Source: Epiperipatus broadwayi (lineage: Eukaryota > Animalia > Onychophora). Taken from it: 64,000 nt of DNA. The position numbers were made by a program, and so were the translations under genes. Below are positions 53,187 to 64,000 of this stretch, one piece after another. The notes beneath the pieces are model-generated. The model saw nothing but the letters and a program-made list of their open reading frames with translations. It made no database searches and was not told the DNA's origin. How positions within the stretch are numbered: position 1 is the stretch's first letter; the number at the start of each line of letters is the position of its first letter. The stretch spans positions 3,534,001-3,598,000 of the forward strand of contig JAQFVV010000005.1 of the NCBI GenBank assembly GCA_028023455.1, given 5' to 3'.

Positions 53187-53233
53187 AATGCTTAGCATGC
53201 TTTTGATATGTAAAATATTATAATCATAGCATT
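53187..53233 (-). ncRNA. Atypical hammerhead-like motif in the 3' UTR of a second PLE
   Basis: Reverse complement: AATGCT ATGATTATAA tattttacatatc AAAA GCATGC TA AGCATT. Confidence 0.35.
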
Positions 53234-53344
53234 ATTACTGCTTTAGTGTTCTGAGCTATTAAGTACACTTGATAAATATTTTAATATTTACTAACATTTA
53301 AATTTGTTTTATTTGATATTCAAAAATATTTAAATCCATATAAA

Positions 53345-53560
53345 TAGTCCACATCTTCGAGAAGTGGATGTTTCTGTCTTTTCTGTTTATTGAAAATCGA
53401 TCTTTAGTTATTGCCCAAGCCTCTTTAATCTTTTACTTCTATCTTTCCTCTCATTACATAATTCCAGCTTTTGACAAATTAAATTTATGGCCAGATTTTT
53501 CCTCATGGTTCATAAATATTGAGGAATATTCAGGTATTTACACTGGGCTAGTATCACTGA
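53345..53560 (-). pseudogene. PLE GIY-YIG C-terminal remnant, diverged relative of the 32-41 kb element
   Basis: KSGHKFNL...KIKEAWAITKDRFSINRKD..HFSKMW aligns with SGHDC...KIKEAFFISR..INRKDSCYKISKKW. Confidence 0.7.
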
Positions 53561-53850
53561 GAGATTAGCCCTTGAGATTTCCCATAATATGCAAACTTAC
53601 ACATAGGTTGGTTACATTCTTTTGAATTGTTAATTAGTTTGTTTAGTGATGGAAGAGTACAAAAGCTCATGTTGGGTGAGGGTTCAAATGCTCACATTAT
53701 ATTTTTATGAATGTATTCTTTATTAATTTTTGAGCGACTGTCAGGATATATGGAAGACTAATCATTTTTTAATCTCCATATGTTGAGGCTGTAGAGGTTT
53801 TTTTTTTATTTTGTTGTAAATTGTATTAATAGTATTAAGAATTATGTTAT

Positions 53851-54266
53851 GCCACTAAACATCATATGATCACCATTTTTATGCTAGCACATAATTGTTA
53901 TTAAAACAAGCAAAACTCTCCATACAATAGTGCCACTCAGTGCCAACCAGAATAATCAATGGATGTCTATATAAGCTATTGAGCTTAGATTGAAAATATT
54001 GTGTTCTCAATTTTATTCTCATAGTTTTGTAGTTAAGTAGAGATAAAAGGTGGCTGCTGGAGAATTGAATTATATCCTAAGATCTAGGTGCAGTGCTCTC
54101 AGATCCAAAGCTCCTCACTGACGAAGGCCACAAGCCAGAAACTTAGCTGGGGATATTGGATGAATAGGCACTAGATGGGAATTTTATGCACAAATCTTCT
54201 GTCATCCATTGATTACTCTGGTTGGCACTGAGTGGCACTACTGTGTGGAGAGTTTTGCCAATTTTG
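53851..54266 (+). mobile_element. Family X foldback HHR element (HHR at 54111-54153, cleavage site altered)
   Basis: Inverted arm 53851-53965 vs 54203-54259. ctcctca CTGACGA a ggc(cacaa)gcc a GAAAC ttagc tgggga. Probable TSD ATTAT(G/C)TTAT (53841-53850, 54267-54276). Confidence 0.85.
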
Positions 54267-55899
54267 ATTATCTTATGATTATATATCCTAGATTTTATGT
54301 CTTTCACATATGTGTCTATGTTATTTTTTTTGACCGTCTCAAATTTGCAAAAATTCTGTACTAAAAAAATCTTTCAGTCCAGTGTATTTGTGTGACATAG
54401 GTATTAGCAACTTTGAGTGGATTCCTCTTCTTATATTTATTGGTTTTAATATCATTCCATAGAATTATGATGCCCGTGAACAACATACTGATCCAAGAAT
54501 TTAATTCCTTGATTTTTGTCTTCATTTTCTATAGTCCAAATTAAAAATAATTATTGTTCTAATTCTTTTGAATTTTTATAATTTGTGTTTTTGTTGAACA
54601 GATTCGCTTATCATCAACTTACTTAACACAATGCATTTGTGTTTGAAGACAAAAACTTTGGAATAATTGTATTTTCTATTTTAATGAAAAATAAGCTGCA
54701 AATAATGTCAAAGGGAATCCCATCCCCATCTGTTTTTCTTTTTGTGTAAATCATAATTAATATTTTACAAAAATTCATCTATAATTTCAATAGAATTAGT
54801 TATACTCTTTAATATCTAGTAAAACCATTTTATTGTTAATATTTACTTTCATGTGTTTAATTTTATCTAAGAACTTGTATGAATATTTAACTGTGTATTC
54901 TGCAAATCTTTAATCATCTTTCAACTAAGTAGCAATAGTTTTGGCCGCTTTATAAAAATAGAAACCTCCAAAGTCTTAAAAATCGTGATAGAGGAGTACA
55001 TCTTAAAATAGTCTGCCTCTATAAATGCTTTTTCGCTGTATTTCCTCAATATTGATGTTATAAATGCTTTCCCACTGTATTTATTTTAAATTATAAAAGC
55101 TACTTTTACAGTATAAATTTCCAAACATTTAACTTAATATTATATAAATAATAATACAATTAAAGTAACACATATATAACAATATTAAAAATTGTTAAAT
55201 GTATAAATATATTAATATTTACTCCAGTAACAAAAATACAAGTTCTTATATATGTAATATACAGTAATTGTTAATATTGTTTGTTTCCCTGTTCAATTAC
55301 ACTTTTATTCTATATAAATATCAATATAATTGTAATTATCGATATGTATGCCGTTGGAAAATATAAATGTAAGAATATGACTACATGCACACCGATGCAT
55401 GTTAATTTTATCGGCATTTAAATAGTGACCTAGAAAAAATATATATACAAAAAATTATATTAAGTAGATAGTAAGATTATATATATATTATACCCTTGCT
55501 TATGGAGAATCTAACCTAAAAGACCTCCCGCTAACTATCAATAAATATAATAAACTACAATCAAGTTACGGAAACGAATACTATTAAAGATAAATACTAT
55601 TGTAACTAGATCAAAACATACTTCTAACATATAATAGCTAAAGAAATTAATATTTCATAATAAATAAATATAATAAATTAACCAAGTAAAATATAATATT
55701 AATTTTATTGTTTAAAATTAGAGTGTGCTCATTTATTATGGATACGTAAAAGCTCAAATTTCCTGTCCTATGGAACATTCACTCTGACTCTTTTCAATGT
55801 ATGAATGGGAGAAACAATATTCTCATTATTATACAATGCATTGCAATATTTAACAATACTAAGCAAATTAGTGTAAAGGAGAAGAAAACGGAATAAGTA

Positions 55900-57420
55900 A
55901 ATTAAAGTTCTGGTTCAATTTTAAAGTGTTATTAAATTCCAAAGGAATATTACTAATTTAATAATATTCTTTCTTATTAATCTACATTCTTTCATATTAA
56001 TCTACATCATACTTCTGATCTTGGTGCTGCTTGGATAAATTCATTTACTTATTAATTAATGAAATTGTCAAAACCACTTTGAATATGGACAATGTGTCAG
56101 TGAAGTTGCTAAATTATTTATCATGCTTTAAATATCTTTACTGCTTGGATGAACTCATTTTTTGACTAATTAAGATATCTGCTAAAGCTTACCTGGATAT
56201 ATTAATGATGCTTGGAATTAATCCTAAATTTCCAGCTGTGACTAATTAAGATATCTGTTAAAGCTTACCTGGATATATTAATGATGCTTGGAATTAATCC
56301 TAAATTTCCAGATGTGAGTGGAATTGTGAAATTATATATATTATACTGTGGATATTCTTGTTACTAAGATAAAAGTATTTATTAAATTATTCATGACATC
56401 CTTAAAGTTTATTTGGGATATGTTGACAACATTATGATTTTTTCAAGAAATCCAGCATTAATGGAAATGTAAAATTATAAGGTTGATAAAAGATAAAGAA
56501 TTGACTCGAAGTTATTTATTGTATTATCATCGAGTAAATCTTTATTTAAAATGGTGATGTATTGGATGATAAAGAAACCAAGTATGATCGACTTATTTTC
56601 CAGAAGAAGGCTCTACGATTGTATAATTATATTAGGAATTATTTGGAGATATGAAATATTCGGTTAGGTTTGTACTTCATAAATTATGGATGATTAACTG
56701 AAGATATTTGTTTATCTAAGCTTTTCCTAGGAATATTTATAACGCAATGAGAAGGTAGAAATAGAAAGCAAGAACTTAATAATATTCAAACTATAAGCGC
56801 CGAATGTATTTTAAGCATTGAGTATTATTTTGGGTATCTTGCACAAAATGGTGCAAAGTTAAAGAATGTGTGTTGGTTTATTATATATAGTTAATAGTTA
56901 TATATATATGTGTGTGTGTTGTGTTATATTTTATACTATGTAAATTATGGATTATTAATTAAAATGAAGGTAAGGTAATATTGATACTTAATCTTAAGAA
57001 GAGGGGATAAATGTTGGTCGTTGATGATTAAAGTTCATCATTATTTGTTTTCAAAGGTATTAAATGATATTATAATTGTAATATTGAACTTTAATATTGT
57101 GATGATAAAACATTATTATTATTATTTATTCTGAAATACGTTAAACAACATTATATTTTGGTTTATTAATTTTATATTGTAATTTCAGAATATTTCAACA
57201 GCATTTAACCAATATTAAGTTTAAAGGGGAAAGGATTATAATAACGTGAACCTAAAGATTGTGTATTTTGCTTATATTTTACTACTTGGATATAAACAAC
57301 TTATAGATTGATGATGTCTGGTAGGATTCCACTAAATTCATTGTGTACATGGTAAAATATATTTATAACTGATCGTTATCATTATGAATAACAAGTTAGT
57401 GAATCTGTGAGAGCGAGTAT
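55900..57420 (-). pseudogene. Possible decayed CR1-like LINE 5' part
   Basis: Weak endonuclease-like words (LNTRS, LPDII, LNKDLLDD) in broken frames. Confidence 0.25.
56163..56316. repeat. 76-bp tandem duplication, 2 copies
   Basis: tgactaattaagatatctg...aatttccag(c/a)tg is repeated with 2 mismatches. Confidence 0.95.
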
Positions 57421-59261
57421 TAAGTAAGGCTAGTGTTCATGGTTGATGATGGGTGGAGGTGACCATTTTACAGCTGTGGATTTTGCATTAGATGTACCTG
57501 GTTTTTCATCTTATATTGGGATTATTCTATTAGGAAGTCATTAGTGTATTGCAGTGTCATGGAGATATTTGACACAATTATCTTATATGGTGGTCATGAT
57601 CTTAATGAGTATGCTTGGCTGGAATGATATAATAAGGAAGTTGTTGATCTTTTATTATGTATTTTCTTGTATCCATATAGGTGCTGATAGACACCTGGAT
57701 ATTTAATTCAATTATATTCAGACATGATCTTAGACAAATAATATCATTGTTGATGCAGACTTGATTCTTTAATGTTTATGTTAGTAGTATTACCCTGTGC
57801 ACCAAGCGGTATGTCATTGTTGTGTAAATATTTATTGTTCATTAGTTGTTGATGATGAATAAGGTTAAGGAAGGTATGCAAGGTATATTCTTACAGGTTG
57901 AATGAATATTTGTAATTCAGCTAACCTCAAATTTAATCTATGTTAAAGTAATGTACTAAGAAAATTGTTGAAATCAATAATGCAATCAGTTCGCTCTAAT
58001 AGTCTCAAGGTTTTGTAGCTGTATGTTTTACATTAAAATAATAAATTTAAACAACATAAACTGATATCTTATGGATAGATTAGAGAATCCATAAACAAGG
58101 GAATTAGATATAAATATCATTTATACTTATTAGAATCTATGGAAAATATGTATTAGTGATTATTTAGTAAGATAATTATGTTGATTCGTAAAATGAAATA
58201 ATTTCCATAATAAGGTATTATATTATCGAACTTATTATTATTTTATTTTATTTTTTTTATTATGAACACAAATAATTTATGATATTATTTTGGGTATCTT
58301 GGAAAGTGCCAGAATTTAGGTATGGACATTTAATATTGTATTTTGTTTCAATATTGAAATTATTTGTTTTGTTATATGTACCATCTGTAAATAAAATGTA
58401 AATATTCATGTATATAAATGTCAGTGTAGTCTTTGTAATATGCTAGTTATTGCTTTTGAGTTCATGGTTGCTCCAAGTCACTAAGAACTAATTCAGTTAA
58501 TTTCTACTCATTACAGTTTAATGGAATTGTTATTGACTACATATTTCAATTTCATTATCAATTCATCATTGCAATCATAAATGCTGATTATCATGTATTC
58601 TTTGGGTTGAGAAATAGGATTATTTAAATTATTTAATGAGTGATTAATAGAATCCATTGTTATTTTCCAGTTATAATCAAATACCTATAGTATAGTTTAA
58701 GCACTGTGGTTTATGCATAATTAAATCAATAGAAAATATAAAATGCTAGTTGTCAAATCAATTAATGAGCTTGTAATGTGGTATTGTTCACTATGTAGAT
58801 CATTCTAATATCACAACCAGATAAAGATCCAAGCCATACTATTAGTTATAATGTCTCATAGTTATTCTGGTGCCTTAGTATATTGAATGGCAGTAAAAAA
58901 TGAACCCTATTGCCTAACTTACATGTAATTTGATTAGGATATATCAAAATTAGATCCCTGAGATATAAAGTTTAAGATATTTTATGATTTAAGTGTATCA
59001 TACAAATGATGTAGCAAATAAGGCTTTAGTGTGCAACAATTTTGCTGATGACCGATGTTTGGGGAACAGTTGGTTACAATATATATATATTTCCACTACT
59101 ACTTATTATATGAAATCAAACAGAACAGCATTATGTTGCTATGATAATTAATAAAATTTAAATGTAAATAAAAATATTTAGATTTATGAATCCCCTTTAC
59201 TTAAATATCCTAATTTATATAAAATATGACATATTACACTTAATAATTTATTTAACATTAA

Positions 59262-60149
59262 CCCTAACGAATTTTGCTATTTTGGAGTTTTTCTTTCTCT
59301 CACACGTCAATGTAAAATATATGATAAAATGATTATTACTTATCAGAAAAAAATAAATTTGACTTCATTTTATAGATATTTTTGTTTAATACTGAAATAA
59401 ATTTTAAATGTGCACATTTTCTTTCTGTAAATATTAAAAAAATGAGGATGTAATCAAAATAAAGACTTTATACATTGTTGTTTCTAGAAAGATTATTTTC
59501 AGTTTATAAAATCAACAAAATATTTTTTAATTTTCATTATTTTTACACATCCAAATAAATAATTATTTATTTCTCTTATATCTATTAAATTATGCTTCAA
59601 AAAGTTTAAATTTTTTGAATATTTATTGCAAAATTGTGATATTTTTCTTACTCATAAATATAAAGTAGATTGTTTACATCAAAGCTAGAGTTTTCTAATT
59701 TGCTTTAGGCCATATTTATGTTAGCTTCTAATATAACATTATATTTTTGAAAATAAAGTATTTCAAGTCAAAATGAGTTATTAATATTTTATATTTCTTG
59801 ATATCTAATAAATATAGTGCAAATTATTTTTAAAAAAATATCTAAAACTGTAATAAATTTGCAAATAAACATGTTTTCATGTCATTGGAAACTACGTTAT
59901 AAAACACTGAACATTTTACAGCCTTGGCAACAGACAATGGCTGAACATGTCAGGGTGAGGTTTATGTCTATTGTAAGAGTGGGAATTTTGAATTTTCTGC
60001 CTTTTAGAACAGAATTTTCAGAACAAAAAAATTTATTATAATAAAATATACAGTTTTACACCCATTTTAATGTATAATACTTACAAAAAAATTCACCAGG
60101 GGGTGAATTGGCCAAAAGATGTTTCTTTATCATCCAAAATTCAACAGGG
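59262..60149. mobile_element. piggyBac-type MITE, copy B
   Basis: TTAA|CCCT...AGGG|TTAA. The TIRs CCCTAACGAATTTTGC and CCCTGTTGAATTTTGG match at 12/16. Homologous to 1351-2245. Confidence 0.75.
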
Positions 60150-63100
60150 TTAAATGTATTTAAAAATAGTGTCTCATTAATTGTGGAAATTCTGCAGTAG
60201 ATTAACATTAAGTACACTATTACATTTACCAATCATAATTTATAAGTATCAATGCAGTGTGCTTTATATAGTTTAATAATAAAGTGTCAGAAAATAAGAA
60301 GTTTGGCATAGACTCTAGTGATGTGTTCATAATTTTTTTAATACTGATATATATATATTTTAATACTGATATAATTTTTTCACGTGTTTTGCTAATCTGC
60401 TTTTCTTTGGATTGGTCTGTTGTGGGATTTGTTACTTAGCTCAAAACTTGTAATTGATTCACAATATTACCCCAATGTTTTATGGTCCAAATCCAAAAAT
60501 AAAATTAGTAAAAGTCAGATGTTTTTAAAAAGACATTACTGTATATAAATTTTCATTTTCTGTTGAGTTGAAAAACTCCTTTTGTCTATTTTTAATGGGA
60601 CTCAGTGAGTCTTTTATTAAATATTCATCCATATTTGAACATTTTATTTTTACAATTAACTTTTTTTTTTCAATGTAATATATTGTTAACCTAAACATTA
60701 TTTATTACAAGTGAGCTTTCAAGTGATAGCAATTTAACATTTAATATTTTATGTTTTAAAAATATAAAAATAAATATCTAAACAAAGTTGTTATTTATAA
60801 CAATGACGGATGGCATCATTAGATGTCATTTATCCATTCAAAAAGTTCGAATACTAAAATATTAAATATTTCAATTTTATGTTCTTAAAAGAAAAATATA
60901 TTTAGTGTCAGTTATTGTCAAAGAAAGCAAAAAAATCTAAAACTGAATTTATTGTTATTAAAATTTTATATATTTTAAAAAGTATTTTATATACCATTTT
61001 GATAAAAGTGATTTATTTTTACCCAGTATATACTGCTTCTGGTTGATATAATATAGTTTTGAAGAGTTGTCTTTTTAAAAATAAACAGTTTTCAAAGACA
61101 ATCTCCTATTAGTAGCATAGTTTTTAGTTTTAAAATAAGTATTTTACAAAATATTGCATCATAACCTTTAATTTTCAAACAAATTACTAAAAATTACAAT
61201 TTTCTTTTTACATCTTTGGAATTTCTCAGCCAATCACAAATTCTTATTTCTATTGACTTCTAGTCCATCTCCCATGACACTGTCTTGTTTATAGAGTACT
61301 ACTAATGATGTAAAAAGTCCATATAATGCTGACATCTTTAGTTTTGTTTTAACTAGTAAGTTAAAATTGCTACTAAGCAAAGAGAAACTGCAAATGATTC
61401 TATAAGATTATAGATAGTTTTAAATAGTATAGAAAATATCTAGTGATTGCAGCATTCTCTTAACACTCAAAACCACTAATTAGTATGAAAATGCTGCTTA
61501 TTTCTCCTCAAACAGAAGTAAATGTAATGTAAATTCTTACTTCTAGATACTGAAATGTATAGCATGTATATTATAATGTGTAGTTATGCACAATATGATG
61601 AAGTTGTTGTATTAAAAAAATAAATATATAAAAAATGAAATCATGAATTAGTGTACTATTATTGAATAAAAATATTTGAGTAGCAGCTAGCTTTATTAAT
61701 AGAAAATATAAACAAATTATGCATGAGAGTTAATACATAAATAAAAAATAAAATAAAAGTATAAACAATTATAATATTTTAATGTTTTACTATTTTTATG
61801 TCTTTTGTTAAACAAAATTGTATAAAATTATTTTTTTTTTATAATTTACAAACTTTATTTTATGAAACTTTGGGTGCTGGAGTGTTACCTTGGCAAAAGT
61901 GCCTTGTGCTAAAATAAAATAAATTAAACTTTATGTACTCTCATTTGCATATTGATTTCATTTTCTGTCTGTTGATCCAATAATGGTGAACCCATGACCC
62001 ATGGGTCAGACACTGACCCACACAGGCTTTTTAAATGACCCACACATTGATTTTTATAAACTTATTTTTTATATCATAAGAGAACAGACAATCAAAATTA
62101 TTTAAAAAATAAAGTATATATATATCTAATGTCGAATTTATAAAAAAATATTTCCAAATGAACATTGACTAGCTGATTTTCTATCATATCATTGCACCTC
62201 TGTATGGCATACATGTTTGTAAAACATCATGTTTCATCCTTTTGTCATGAAGTGTGTATGACTCATGACAGTCATAAACTTGACACACATACATATTCGT
62301 TACATTGTAGAAATGGGGAGATGTACCAGCTCGGGGATGCAATAGTGCTAAACTAAATGGCAGCCTTGCCATAAGCATCTAGAAGTGTTTAATAATTCAA
62401 CATTATTATTATTTTTTTATTATTAAAGTTTCTCATCGACATATGCATGTATATCAAGTATGTTAATAAGAAATTACTTCTCAAATTATTGTATTCTAAA
62501 TATAATTATTTTTAATTGTAGCCCTGTACTATGTCGGCATTTAAAAAAATAAAAACAAACGATACAAGTTCAGACCATAACAAGCATAATGGTTTGATAA
62601 ATACGGTAAGATTGAAAAAAATAAAATGACTGTGTATGTAATTTGTAACGAAAAAGTCACTTCATGTACATACAGTGTAAAAAGACATTTTGAAAAATTG
62701 CATTCTAATCTCTGCCTTTCAATAGATAGAGAACATATTTTTTACAAAAGAATAAAGGGGATCATTCACAAACCAGTGTTTTAAAAACTTTTTTTAAAGG
62801 ATTAAATTTTATTGGATATAAAATGTTTTAGAAGGCAAACATTGATTTACATGATATAATATGGAGATTTAAAATGATACGTTATATTTTTTGTCCATAG
62901 CATTTCCAAAAATTGACCAACTTGTGAAGACTCAAAGCATTAGTCTATGAGATGATTAACTATTAAAAGTGCACCTATGTTAGTTAGGATTTATTCGTAA
63001 AGTCTAGAGTTCAAATGTGAATTGCATTTTAAGTGTATAATATTGAGAAATCCAATTTGCGGTAGACAAGTTGAGGATTAGGAAAACACTTGAGATAATA

Positions 63101-64000
63101 TAAAATATGGGCTAAAACTAATCTACTGTTCAGTTATCCAAAAATGGCCTTGGTTATCTTTACAGGGGAGCAATTCAGAACACTTTTGGTAGAATTATGG
63201 AGGACAGGGAGAGAAAAAACAATCTTTGAAAAGTCTCTGCTGAAATCCATTCTTATCCATCATGAGAAGTCACATGAACAGCCAAAAGGCCAATCCCACC
63301 AATAACAACATTGGAAATAATAGAAATAAATAAGGTGATTTACCTGATATTATAATAATTAGACCAAACTGTCACTTACTTTGCAACAATCCATGGATAA
63401 AATCATTTATAAGAATAATGCTTAAAAAACCGCTATAAATAACGTTATTTTTCCCTTTCTTGTGAATGAGAGGAGCCAACATCGGAAATGATGCCCACAG
63501 CACCCTCATCCCAGCCTACCTTCAAAAGAACTAGGATTTAGGCTCCCCTGACAGACAGTTTCCTCACTCACTCAGCAAAACTGAGTGAAATGAAGAATTT
63601 CATTAAAAGATAAAATTACTGTAGAAACCTTTTGAAATTTCAATGGTTGCCATATAATTTGCATAGCATTTTTATAAAGGTTGAAATTTTTCTTACTTGT
63701 GATAATGTGTTGACATAAATTGTATATGAAAAGAGAGCTAAGAAACTCCTCTTTTGAGTAGGAATAATTTTAGAGAAAATTAATTTCCTAAACTAAGAAA
63801 AAAGAAATTAAAACGGGGAGCCAGAAGCAGAGTTAACGGGACTCCTGGCTCCCTCTAATGGCAGCTGCTATTTTTTCAAGTTGCCCATTGCATTGCTCGC
63901 CACTGAAACCTCTTTCAGAAAGAGAGTTTGTAAAACAAGCATTTTTAGAATGTAGTGCTACTATGTTTGCAGATTTTAAAGAAAAAGACTTGATTATAAA

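Noticed and set aside
59045-59075. CTGATGA-ccga(tgt)ttgg-GGAAC
   Set aside because: GAAA is broken and helix I is absent; it could be a very old HHR but is unsupported.

Overview
Very AT-rich, repeat-dense eukaryotic DNA, probably an invertebrate intergenic or intronic region; the species cannot be identified from the sequence. No host gene is supportable. The window is a transposon graveyard. (1) A ~9 kb Penelope-like element (PLE; RT plus GIY-YIG) is inserted as an inverted duplication at 32004-41030, flanked by a 12-bp target-site duplication (TSD). A full-length but disabled RTE LINE, which starts with an HDV-like ribozyme fold, and an LTR-like element are nested inside it. (2) About 17 minimal type-I hammerhead ribozyme (HHR) motifs are present: three non-coding repeat families (called X, Y and Z here) plus one motif next to a PLE remnant. 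Two further atypical HHR-like motifs lie in PLE 3' UTRs. (3) There are tRNA-Gly-derived SINEs, piggyBac-type MITEs, and decayed Tc1/mariner, pogo, MULE, RTE, Ingi-like and CR1-like remnants. The most notable system is family X. Each of its four complete insertions is a foldback whose two target junctions are both element 3' ends, stop at two staggered positions, and are bounded by 10-13 bp TSDs. The large PLE has the same architecture. All alignments and folds were done by eye; boundaries of old remnants are approximate.
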